Positions 10,109 to 18,276 of a stretch of 64,000 nucleotides of DNA are shown piece by piece. The notes below the pieces were generated by a model. It worked only from the letters and a program-made list of their open reading frames with translations, searched no databases and was not told where the DNA came from. The stretch is from an uncultured Gemmatimonadales bacterium. Lineage in GTDB: Bacteria > Gemmatimonadota > Gemmatimonadetes > Gemmatimonadales > Gemmatimonadaceae. A program made the translations under genes and the position numbers. Position 1 is the stretch's first letter; each line of letters begins with the position of its first letter. The stretch spans positions 608,001 to 672,000 of the forward strand of contig CAWBZV010000005.1 in NCBI GenBank assembly GCA_963793305.1, given 5' to 3'.

Positions 10109-10276
10109 GGTTCTCGGGGACGACATCAACAACATAGTTTGGCGCTGTTCAGAGGGAAAACCGGGCGTCGGGCCCGATCTTCACGACGAAAATGTCGGTT
10201 GCTGCCGGCAGAAACGGGCCCCCGAACGGGCCCCCGCCGAATCAGGCGACGTGAGGCGACGGCTTTCGGGGACAGC

Positions 10277-11485
10277 TCAAACGGTACGTCGCTTAAGCTC
10301 CGCAAGCGTGATGAGCACTTCGCGAGGTGACGAAGCATTGGGCGGTCCAAGAACGCCAGCGGCGTGCAACTGGTCAATTAGGCGAGCGGCCCGGCCGTAA
10401 CCAATCAGCAATCGTCGCTGGAGCAGTGCAGTGGATCCCTGATCGTGTTGAATCACGACTTCTGCCGCTTGGTGGAGGAGCGGATCGACATTCGGGTTTG
10501 ATTTACTGAACCAGTCAGGTTCATGAGCTGCTGCAACCGCACGGCGTACGGCTTTCATTGTTTCGGCAGGTGGTGTCGAACCGGAATTGCGTTGCGAAAG
10601 GTAGGCGACAAGACGATCTGTCTCCGAATGTGACACATAGCCGGCGCGGATTCTCACCGGCATTGCCGTGTCAGGAGCGAGGTAGAGCAGTGTTCCGAGA
10701 CCCTCCAGGTGCTCCGCCCCGGACCGATCGAGCACCGTCCGGCTGTCGATGCCGGATGGTAGATGGAACGCGATGCGACTCGGAATCAGGCCTTTGACAT
10801 CCCCCGTCACGAAGGGCGATGTCGGTCGGGAGGTCACCAGGACAAGGTGTACGCCAACAGCGCGACCATGCTCGGCGATGACAGCGAGGAAGTCACAAGC
10901 CTCCGGATGTGGCAGCGTCAGACCCGTGACATTGTCAATGACGCAGACGATAAAAGGCAATCGCTCCGGGTCCTCCCGCTCGAGGACCAGACGATTCTGC
11001 TCAAGGATCGTGCGGTAACCGCGTTGGTGGAAAACACGGCCGCGTCGATGAATCTCGACAATGCACCACTTCAGGACCTTGAGCGCATCGTCAAGGTCGC
11101 TGACAACCGGCAGTAATAGATTCGCTAGGCCGCTGTATGTCGGGAGCTCCAACCCGCCCGTGTCTATCAGTAAGAAGCGCAACTCGTGCGCGGTGTAACG
11201 CACGAGGAGGGTGGCGAGTAAAGAGTGAACGTAGCTCGACTTTCCAGAGCCAGTCGTACCAGCGATCAGAAGGTGCGGCGCGCGCGCGAGATCAGCGAGG
11301 CGGAGCTCTTGGCGGTCGTCTAGCCCTAAGACGAATGTAAGGTTGCCGGCCACGTTAGCCAACGTGGGCGAAAGAAGAAGGTCACGCAGTTTGAGATCTG
11401 GCGTGTCCGAGTCAGGATTCGTCTCTGTCCGAGTGGCGGGCCAGATGAGATCAAGTGGGATGGGAAACGAGTGCATTGTTGTCAT
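10277..11485 (-). CDS. Soluble FtsK/SpoIIIE-family motor domain with gamma domain; no TM domain; Walker B DE changed to DN
   Basis: APHLLIAGTTGSGKS Walker A; LPFIVCVIDNV; GRAVGVHLVLVTSRP; SRTVLD..GAE.L.G.G; STALLQRRLLIGYGRAARLIDQL gamma domain. Confidence 0.85.
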   Translation of the reverse strand: MTTMHSFPIPLDLIWPATRTETNPDSDTPDLKLRDLLLSPTLANVAGNLTFVLGLDDRQELRLADLARAPHLLIAGTTGSGKSSYVHSLLATLLVRYTAHELRFLLIDTGGLELPTYSGLANLLLPVVSDLDDALKVLKWCIVEIHRRGRVFHQRGYRTILEQNRLVLEREDPERLPFIVCVIDNVTGLTLPHPEACDFLAVIAEHGRAVGVHLVLVTSRPTSPFVTGDVKGLIPSRIAFHLPSGIDSRTVLDRSGAEHLEGLGTLLYLAPDTAMPVRIRAGYVSHSETDRLVAYLSQRNSGSTPPAETMKAVRRAVAAAHEPDWFSKSNPNVDPLLHQAAEVVIQHDQGSTALLQRRLLIGYGRAARLIDQLHAAGVLGPPNASSPREVLITLAELKRRTV

Positions 11486-11537
11486 CCGCCCATTCAGCCC
11501 CCACTACACGCCGGCTCGAGTGCGTTCACGCCCAGCG

Positions 11538-11768
11538 TTACGGTTTCGATTTCGTGTGCGGATAACTGCGCGTGTACGGTGCCACGTGTGTCCCATACTT
11601 TTTCGTATATCCGCGGACATGCACCCGGTTATCAGGATTGTGCGGCTTCGCGGTGTGGTGCGAAGGCGGCCGAGTCGATTGCGCTCCAGCGGGTATGGAA
11701 GCGGCGGCGAACATTGCGAATACGAGCGGCAACAGCCTGCGAAGACGTAGCACAGATCCCCCTGTCAT
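11538..11768 (-). CDS. Small secreted basic protein with a VxVxGYxxxxGTxVxPYxRSxP motif
   Basis: Signal peptide (LLPLVFAMFAAASIPAGA) followed by VHVRGYTKKYGTHVAPYTRSYP. Confidence 0.55.
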   Translation of the reverse strand: MTGGSVLRLRRLLPLVFAMFAAASIPAGAQSTRPPSHHTAKPHNPDNRVHVRGYTKKYGTHVAPYTRSYPHTKSKP

Positions 11769-12144
11769 TATGATGCTGCCACTAATAGTGAACTGCGTCG
11801 CAGCGCGATAGGGCACGTTTCTGACAGTGATGGGGCAGATTTCTGACAGTTGATGGATCGCTGGCCCAACCTCACGCTTATCGGGCGCGTCTGACTTCCC
11901 AGGCAACTTCAGCATCGCGCCGCATTTCACTCTGATAGCCCGGCAATCCGCCGCATTCCTGGCGACGCGATGTCGGCTCGGAGGGGGCAATGTGTACCCA
12001 GCCAAGATGGATGTGACGCTGTAAACTGGTAAACAAACGGCGGGATGATCCCGTAGGACTTCGCGTTTGAATTCAGGCACATAACGGCTGGGTCTACAGA
12101 TCGATATCACTGAACTGTTGCCATTACTTACACTTAGTCGTTAA

Positions 12145-12170
12145 TATTCAGCATTCGCGAATAGCGAATA
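12145..12170. promoter_or_regulatory. 26-bp imperfect palindrome; probable autoregulatory operator
   Basis: TATTCAGCATTCGCGAATAGCGAATA with perfect core ATTCGCGAAT, 23 nt upstream of the HTH gene in an AT-rich promoter region. Confidence 0.55.
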
Positions 12171-12193
12171 ACTCTCAAGAACCGGATACGAAG

Positions 12194-12739
12194 ATGAAGA
12201 AGAGGAAACAGTCTGCTCTGAAACCGGCTGATGTGGGCGTCGCACTCGGACTCGTAGAGCATCCGCACGCCTCATATCAGCGCCTCAACGAGATGCTTGG
12301 AATCAGTTCCAGCACGGCTTTCGCCGCGGTGTGCCGGCTGCGCGATGCGGGATTGGTCCGGCAGGACGAGTGTGTGGTGATACGTCAGAACCTGCTCGAG
12401 TTTTTGGAGCACGGCGTCCGCTACGCGTTTCCCGCGTCACCTGGTGTGACGTTACGCGGTGTACCAACATCACACGCCGGTCCTGCACTCGCGAACGATA
12501 TCGTTGGAGAGGACGCGGTCGTCTGGCCAAGCGCGGCTGGGGCGACAGTTGGTAAAGCCGTCACACCTCTGCTGCCGAAAGCAGAGCAGCTTCCGAGCCG
12601 TTCTCCGGAGGTCTACTGGCTGCTTACACTGGTTGATGCGTTACGCGTTGGCCGTGTAAGGGAACGCAAGCTGGCAATAGCGAAGCTGCGCGCACGGATG
12701 TACGGTGACTCGACGGTGAGCAACAACGCACTGGCGTGA
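12194..12739 (+). CDS. Winged-HTH protein; putative type IV TA (AbiEi-like) antitoxin
   Basis: LKP.DV...LGISSST...RL...GL; LLEFLEHGVRYAFP; RGVPTSH; LVDALRVGR.RE. Overlaps the nucleotidyltransferase gene (GTGA). Confidence 0.7.
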   Translation: MKKRKQSALKPADVGVALGLVEHPHASYQRLNEMLGISSSTAFAAVCRLRDAGLVRQDECVVIRQNLLEFLEHGVRYAFPASPGVTLRGVPTSHAGPALANDIVGEDAVVWPSAAGATVGKAVTPLLPKAEQLPSRSPEVYWLLTLVDALRVGRVRERKLAIAKLRARMYGDSTVSNNALA

Positions 12740-13435
12740 GAGACCCCACTTCCGCCAAAGCGATGGCGGCAATCGTTGCGGCACTGGGTGACTGGGGACA
12801 ACGAATAGTTTTCATCGGCGGAGCGGTCGCCCCTCTACTGCAGACCGATCCGCCGTTGCCGCGGGTAAGACCCACGGACGACGTGGATGCGATTGCCGCT
12901 ACGCTGAGCTATCCCGACTATGGGAAGCTCGAGCAGGCACTGCGAGATGCTGGATTCAAGCACGGCGGCGTCACTGGCCATGCGACCCACGCGCACCGCT
13001 GGTACACACCAGACGGGACGAAATTCGATCTCGTGCCATATGGTGACCATCTCGGTGCCAGTGGCAACCAATGGGACGAGATCGCAGCCAACGATGCTGT
13101 GTCCACCATCGTCGATGGCGTCGAAGTGCGCCATGTGAGCGCAACAGGATTCCTGGTCCTCAAGTGGGCAGCCTATGCGGACCGCGGTGCCAACAATCCC
13201 GTCGGCAGTGAGGACATTCGAAGACATCCTCGCCGTGCTCGCATCTCGACCGTCGATTCTAGGCGAGATCGCAGCAGCGTCGGACCAAGTCAGAACCTAC
13301 CTGCGCGACTGCGCAACAACGTTGATTGCACACCCCGATTTCGCCGACGCTTTGGATGCGCATCTTGGCCCTGCACTCAACAGAGTGGCCGTCATCGCCT
13401 CCGTCCGGACCACGCTCAAGACAATCGCAGAGTAA
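12736..13435 (+). CDS. AbiEii-like nucleotidyltransferase (type IV TA toxin); frameshift near 13217
   Basis: VFIGGAV...RPTDDVD and LKWAAYADRG...SED(I/F)EDI; continues in ORF 13175..13435. Confidence 0.7.
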
Positions 13436-13519
13436 GTCTTAAGCCTGCAGCCACGCCTAAGGTTGCATGGGATCCACGTGCCGACATCTCGCAGCGGCAG
13501 TTCGTAAGCTGTTAAGAAC

Positions 13520-13566
13520 CAATCGGGGCGGCAGATTTGAACCCGCGACCCCCCTGAACCCCATTC
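13520..13566 (-). repeat. att site: degenerate copy of the tRNA-Pro 3' half
   Basis: CAATCGGGGCGGCAGATTTGAACCCGCGACCCCCCTGAACCCCATTC, with a few substitutions/indels relative to 21502-21548. Confidence 0.9.
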
Positions 13567-13770
13567 GGTTCACGGGTACGGCATCAACAACCTGGGTTGG
13601 CGCCGTTCAGAGGGACAACGGGCGTCGGGCCCGATCTTCATGATGGAGATGTCGGCGGTTGTCCGCAGAACGGCCCCCAACGACCCCCGGACGGATACCC
13701 GACTCCCCGACATTTCCGATATCGCATCGCACGCGCGCGTTGTAGGGCGCGCGTGGCCGCCACGACACGA

Positions 13771-14874
13771 CTACGGCTCCTTGCTCGAGCGCGTCGTCAG
13801 CAGACGTACGACGTTTCCGACGATCATCCGCCAACGTTTCGGCTTTTCGCTAACCCTCGTCGGCCGCAAGCGCGTTTCTACTTCACCCCAGCAATTCGCG
13901 CCCATACCGGCAGCGAACGCTCGACCTGTAGCGAGTTCGGTTGGATGACGAAGCACACGTTCCGAGAACCGTTCTGCGAACGGCAGCAGATGGTTGTCGA
14001 GATATTCACTCAGGAAGTCCTTATGCACGACGTCGATTACCGCGACCCGGTTCTTTTCTGTTCGGGGAGCCTCATCGTCGTACTCGTGTCTGAGAACTCG
14101 CACCCAGGGCAGGAGAGTGAGCTCGGTTGCTCCACTCTCAACGCTAGCAGCAACCATCGGCGCGTTGACAACACCCAAACCGATTGACAGATGTGCGTCG
14201 AAATACCACGCAGTGGGAGGAGGCGCCTCGTCAGTGGCGAGATGCTCAAGCCCTTTGATAAGTGGCAGCATGAGTCCGTTGTAAGCCTCTGTCCCAGAAA
14301 GTTCTAATTCTGAGCCTTTGCGGACGCACTTGCTGAGAGTGTGACAATAAGGCGGTGCGGTTTGAAATGGATCTTCCTCGAGACCGAGAGCGTGGATTGC
14401 CGTGAAGTGCCAAGTGGATAAGTCATCGTCCGTGGAAATCGTCACATAGGGCGAGTGAAGACCACAAATCGATGGGTGACTTAGTGGCCTCAGCCCGGTC
14501 TTCGTCAGAAAGAAGACGTACGGAAGTTGAGACTGTTTACACTCGATGATAAGTGTTAACTGCGGCCGAACGCGTGGCTGAGGATCCCAGCCGTGCAACC
14601 GTCTATCGGCGCGCAGGTCGATCGTGCGCAGTTCCTTGGAATCCCTATCGAGATACGACCACTCGTCGAGGACAACGAATCGCTCCCGCAACAAGTCGCC
14701 CACCACGATCTGTAGTGGGTATCCGGACTGGTCCACCGCACTGAGGACCTGAGCCGGCTGGATACCAGTGCTAAGCTGGTTAGTGTTGGGATTGGTTTGG
14801 GCAGTCTTCACGTTGGCGATATCCGAGTCTTTCACTCCGGCTAGTCTGTCCGCAATTTGTGCGCTGGGCGACAT
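13771..14874 (-). CDS. Putative PD-(D/E)XK nuclease-fold protein
   Basis: SGYPLQ..V...L...EWSYLD......RTIDLRA...LIIECKQS motif. Likely start ATG 14874. Confidence 0.6.
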   Translation of the reverse strand: MSPSAQIADRLAGVKDSDIANVKTAQTNPNTNQLSTGIQPAQVLSAVDQSGYPLQIVVGDLLRERFVVLDEWSYLDRDSKELRTIDLRADRRLHGWDPQPRVRPQLTLIIECKQSQLPYVFFLTKTGLRPLSHPSICGLHSPYVTISTDDDLSTWHFTAIHALGLEEDPFQTAPPYCHTLSKCVRKGSELELSGTEAYNGLMLPLIKGLEHLATDEAPPPTAWYFDAHLSIGLGVVNAPMVAASVESGATELTLLPWVRVLRHEYDDEAPRTEKNRVAVIDVVHKDFLSEYLDNHLLPFAERFSERVLRHPTELATGRAFAAGMGANCWGEVETRLRPTRVSEKPKRWRMIVGNVVRLLTTRSSKEP

Positions 14875-14938
14875 TGGTGTCGCGGGACTCGACCGCGGCC
14901 GCGAAACGGGGTTGATCTCAAGCGACAGTGACTGTTGA

Positions 14939-15298
14939 CTATCCGAACGGAGAGGTCTGCCAGGTAGTCGCGTCAAACAGCACAGCGCACGCGCTACCGT
15001 TGATCCACAACGTCTGGGGCCAACCCCAATAGAAGAGGTGAGCCGTACCTCCTGTTGGCAGGCGCTGCTCCGTTGGTACGCCAGTCCCCGTATATAGCAC
15101 GACTTGATCCCCGGCCCGTACGGTCTTGGTTGGAAACCAAAACGCAGGATGCGCACCTGGTTGCACGCCGTTCACGCCGGCGTAAACGGTCGAGAAAACC
15201 ACGAAATAGGCGAGATCGCACTCGGAGAGCACGTTGAGATACAAGCGCTCCATGTTCGGCGTCCCACGATCCACTATTCGCTGAATCTGTATTCTCAT
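14939..15298 (-). CDS. Hypothetical all-beta protein, lamin-tail-domain-like
   Basis: IVDRG..N.ER.YL...CDLAYFVV...FWFP...VRAGD.VVLYTG.G...FYWG....W. Translationally coupled (ATGA) to the upstream membrane protein gene. Confidence 0.55.
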   Translation of the reverse strand: MRIQIQRIVDRGTPNMERLYLNVLSECDLAYFVVFSTVYAGVNGVQPGAHPAFWFPTKTVRAGDQVVLYTGTGVPTEQRLPTGGTAHLFYWGWPQTLWINGSACAVLFDATTWQTSPFG

Positions 15299-15741
15299 TT
15301 TTTGACCAGTCGTCCGACACACGCGCCAGCGATTAGCACTATGCCGATTGCCAAGCATAGACCGCCCCGAGCTTCCGACGTCCAGAAATACGGCGCTAAG
15401 CCTAGTATCGCACCGCCCAGCCCCACGCCGACTGCAAAGAGGACCTCTATCGCCCGGACCGTTCTCACATCCGCCTCGAGCACGCATGCTCTCGTATTGG
15501 CAGCGTGATATCTCTCAACGTATCCGCGCAGCTGGTCGAGCTCTGCCTCGAGTTTCTCAATTTCATCGAGTAGCAACTTTGGAACGCCTGGTGTGGTCAG
15601 GTCCGCGTCACTGAGCTGACGACGAAGGTCGCGAAAGGCTTGACGCCTACCACTGGGAGCCGCCGGAGGGAGGTCGTTTGTCGGCTGCGTCCCCTCGGTG
15701 CCTACCGCTTGTTGCTGGGCTTTTTGATTAGCATCAGTCAC
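15295..15741 (-). CDS. Coiled-coil protein with two C-terminal TM helices
   Basis: GAGGA RBS before GTG 15741; LLDEIEKLEAELDQLR coiled coil; hydrophobic helices VLFAVGVGLGGAILGLA and LCLAIGIVLIAGACV. Confidence 0.65.
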   Translation of the reverse strand: MTDANQKAQQQAVGTEGTQPTNDLPPAAPSGRRQAFRDLRRQLSDADLTTPGVPKLLLDEIEKLEAELDQLRGYVERYHAANTRACVLEADVRTVRAIEVLFAVGVGLGGAILGLAPYFWTSEARGGLCLAIGIVLIAGACVGRLVKK

Positions 15742-15767
15742 AACGTTCCTCGTCGGCAGCACAGGCT

Positions 15768-16052
15768 CTAATCGCTCCGGTGACGCTTCGCTGGCCGCCG
15801 CCGTGATTGCGAATCGGCAACGCGGTCGAACAAGTCTCCTGGGTTGACTCCTAAAAAGGCGCAAAGCCTGTCAATCGTGTCGGCGCCGATACGTTCGAAC
15901 CGGCCATCCTCGCTCGCGAGTTTGTAACTCGCGTGCGGGCTGAATCCTGCTCCCGTAATCAGATCATACGGTTTCAGTCCGCGCTGTCGTAGTAGTTCCG
16001 CCACCCGCAGTCGTACCACCCTGCGCTCTCTCGGTAGGAGTCGACAAGCCAT
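15768..16052 (-). CDS. Xre/Cro-C1 family HTH repressor
   Basis: LRVAELLRQRGL...L....G.S......L.....RI..DTIDRLC.FLGV.PGDLF. Confidence 0.8.
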   Translation of the reverse strand: MACRLLPRERRVVRLRVAELLRQRGLKPYDLITGAGFSPHASYKLASEDGRFERIGADTIDRLCAFLGVNPGDLFDRVADSQSRRRPAKRHRSD

Positions 16053-16110
16053 CGCGTAGCTGGTCTACCAGCCTCAGCAGACGCGCCGCTTCGCCAAATC
16101 TCCCACCGAG

Positions 16111-16160
16111 TTGCTTCTTACACTATTGGCACGTAGACTATTGTATCGTACGTACCAATA
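16111..16160 (+). promoter_or_regulatory. Sigma70-like promoter overlapped by a 12-bp inverted repeat (probable operator)
   Basis: TTGCTT-17 nt-TAGACT at 16111-16139. TATTGGCACGTA (16124-16135) and TACGTACCAATA (16149-16160) match 11/12 as an inverted repeat, between the divergent HTH genes. Confidence 0.55.
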
Positions 16161-16169
16161 CTCTCGACT

Positions 16170-16445
16170 ATGGAGGTAAGGGTGTCGACGACTGGAATGG
16201 CGCCCTTGGAGCGCAAGGCAGCCTTTAAGGCGGCCGTCACAATGAACCGGGTCACCGCTGCTCAGGCAGCCCGGAATCTCAACGTCTCGTACAATCACCT
16301 TATGCTGGTGCTCAACGGCGACCGCGTCGGCTCCGAGCGGTTATGCCATGCCGTCGCCGCATACCTTGGCCGCACCGACGTCGAAGTCTTCGGCAGTCGT
16401 GCGCAACGCGTGGCGCCCGAGCCTCTGAGTACCACAGAGCGATAG
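16170..16445 (+). CDS. Cro/Xre-like HTH protein
   Basis: AARNLNVSYNHLMLVLNGDR HTH; divergent from the repressor; paralog of 8557..8805. Start may be GTG 16182 after GGAGG. Confidence 0.7.
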   Translation: MEVRVSTTGMAPLERKAAFKAAVTMNRVTAAQAARNLNVSYNHLMLVLNGDRVGSERLCHAVAAYLGRTDVEVFGSRAQRVAPEPLSTTER

Positions 16446-16489
16446 CGCCTGGCGCCACGGCGCCCAGCCTTTGCGTTGTGATTTGCTGT

Positions 16490-16588
16490 GCGAGCAAGAG
16501 GATCGATAGCGGTGTCTCGTGCCTTCGGCACTCATCCCGCTATCTGATCCTTGCTCGCCGCCATTCGCACACGGCTTCGCCGAGGTGC
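16490..16588. other. Conserved hairpins in element A (a further conserved hairpin lies at 17323-17373)
   Basis: Same stems as 8850-8949 and 9010-9060. Confidence 0.6.
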
Positions 16589-16743
16589 TCAAGGCGGCTT
16601 ATCACTGCCTCACGCCCGGGGGCGCGCCGACCGCCGAGGCTTCGCAGTTGGCCCGTCGTCTTCGTGGTTGGCCGCTGATCGTGCTACCCCATCGCGCGGT
16701 AGGATCTCCAAGGTTGCCGAGCTCTTTGCAACGCCGACGCAAT

Positions 16744-17193
16744 CTATTCACGTAGTGTATATCGCCCGATCGAACATATGCCGAGTCCGTGGGGATCATA
16801 TTTGCGCCAGTCAGCAATCGTCAGAAGAGTCAACTCAATCGCCTCATGATCTTGCTGGACCGCCAACCACAGTGGCGGACTGTCACAGAATCCGTTCTTA
16901 CCCTTGTTGAGTACGAAATAGGCCTTGGCATTCGTGACTCTGTACATGCGTGCACCTGTCAGCTCGTCCACCACGCTGACAGTGCTAATGGCGTCGAATT
17001 GCAACTGCATGATTCCCCTGTACTTGGCGAACGACGCAACAGACGTGCTCAGCGTGAGCGAACCAGTCAGCCATTCTGCGTTGTTGCTGTAGGCATCAAA
17101 CAGCCTTGGGACGGAATCAGGTAGCGACGTTTGACCGATCGCGGGAAAGGGCACCACGAAACAAGCAACCACTACCAGGAAGGCTGCGCGCAC
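16744..17193 (-). CDS. Hypothetical secreted protein (variable cargo)
   Basis: Signal peptide and lower GC; absent at the homologous position of element C. Confidence 0.55.
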   Translation of the reverse strand: MRAAFLVVVACFVVPFPAIGQTSLPDSVPRLFDAYSNNAEWLTGSLTLSTSVASFAKYRGIMQLQFDAISTVSVVDELTGARMYRVTNAKAYFVLNKGKNGFCDSPPLWLAVQQDHEAIELTLLTIADWRKYDPHGLGICSIGRYTLRE

Positions 17194-17943
17194 GTCTTGT
17201 CCTTGATTGGATAGTCTTGCATAGGACGGAGGCGTGTACGGAGAGTAACGGCACCGCGGAAATAGGCGTCTGGAACGCGCCGACCTAGGCGCTCAATCTG
17301 AAGTGTCTGCTGGGTTCGAGCACGAGCCGTCGGGGCGCTCCGCTCTCTAGGGGCTCCCGCGCCCCACGGCTCGAACTACGGAACAGCATCGGACTGGCAC
17401 GGCGTACCCACCGTCCGGCGTAGACCCGTCCGTCACCGAGGTACGCCGCGCCACGGAGCGGGTTGTCCTGGTTGAAACGGTGCCGACTTGAGCGGCACAG
17501 TGGCCCGTGAGTCTCCAGCTAGGCCACGGTGCCACGCCACCGCGGTTGCTAATGCCGCCAAACTACCCATGGCGGGCCGTGCCCGGGCTGGCCGCGGCGC
17601 CCGAAGCGTGTCCTTGGTTCGGGCCCGAGCCGGGTCATCACAGCAGCAATGCGCAATCTCGTGTCCATAACCCGGCGTTGGGGCGTGTCATCTCTGAGGC
17701 GTTGCGGTTTTGGCGCTCCGGCGGGGTTTGGTAAGTAGGGAGCACTCGATATCGATCGCGCGCGCCACTCACGAGACGAGGACCGAACGCGCTTCTCGTG
17801 GCTCTCACTACTAAGAGAGGCGCTGCTCGTCGACCGAGTTGGCGCCAGAGATATCGCAGGCCTCCCAATGTAACGAAAGGGGACTAGACCCCTCCCAACC
17901 CGAACTCCGTCTAGGTAGGACAGACCCCAATCACAGGATACCG

Positions 17944-18276
17944 ATGACACCTCCAACGTCAGAACCCCGCACCAAGCCGACTATAGTCCGCTGGACACTC
18001 ACCGAGATCGCGACCGTGACCGAGCGCGCGAAGCAGTGCAATCTCTCCGTCGCCCGCTTCGTCCGCGAATGCGCGCTCGGCGCCGTGCCGAAGGCCGCGC
18101 GCCACGTCGACCACAAAGCGCTCCTCCGCGAACTCGCCCGCAGCGGCAATAACCTCAACCAGCTCGCGCACGAGGCCCACGCCCGCGACCTCTTCCCGGC
18201 CCAGGAGAAGCTCGAGGCCGCCCTCGCGCTGCATGTGTCCGTCCTCCGCCAACTCGTCGACGAGCCGGAGCGGTGA
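17944..18276 (+). CDS. mobC: Relaxosome accessory protein MobC (RHH)
   Basis: VRWT..E...V..RA...LSVARFVRE and ELARSGNNLNQLAH motif; overlaps the relaxase start. Confidence 0.9.
   Translation: MTPPTSEPRTKPTIVRWTLTEIATVTERAKQCNLSVARFVRECALGAVPKAARHVDHKALLRELARSGNNLNQLAHEAHARDLFPAQEKLEAALALHVSVLRQLVDEPER

Larger units (their letters stand above)
10109..13519. mobile_element. Element B: att-flanked, integrase-less satellite (CIME-like)
   Basis: Bounded by att copies 10061 and 13520. Left arm 10109-10236 is homologous to 13567-13689; right arm GCAGTTCGTAAGCTGTTAAGAA resembles 21479-21500. Confidence 0.75.

Noticed and set aside
10277..11485. Housekeeping cell-division ftsK
   Set aside because: No N-terminal TM domain or linker, altered Walker B, and located between att sites.
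10061..13566. Two additional tRNA-Pro genes
   Set aside because: Only the 3' half (anticodon loop to acceptor end) is present and the D-arm and 5' acceptor strand are missing. These are att duplications.
17931..17941. RP4-type nic site (TATCCTG/T on the minus strand)
   Set aside because: It coincides with the AGGA Shine-Dalgarno of mobC and is not conserved in element C (CAGGACA). The oriT probably lies in 17480-17930 (e.g. near the conserved CTAGAC...GTCTAG inverted repeat) but cannot be pinned down.
17347..17956. Small minus-strand ORFs shared between elements A and C (e.g. 17549..17956 versus 9324..9635)
   Set aside because: Similarity switches reading frame between the two copies, indicating conserved non-coding DNA rather than protein.
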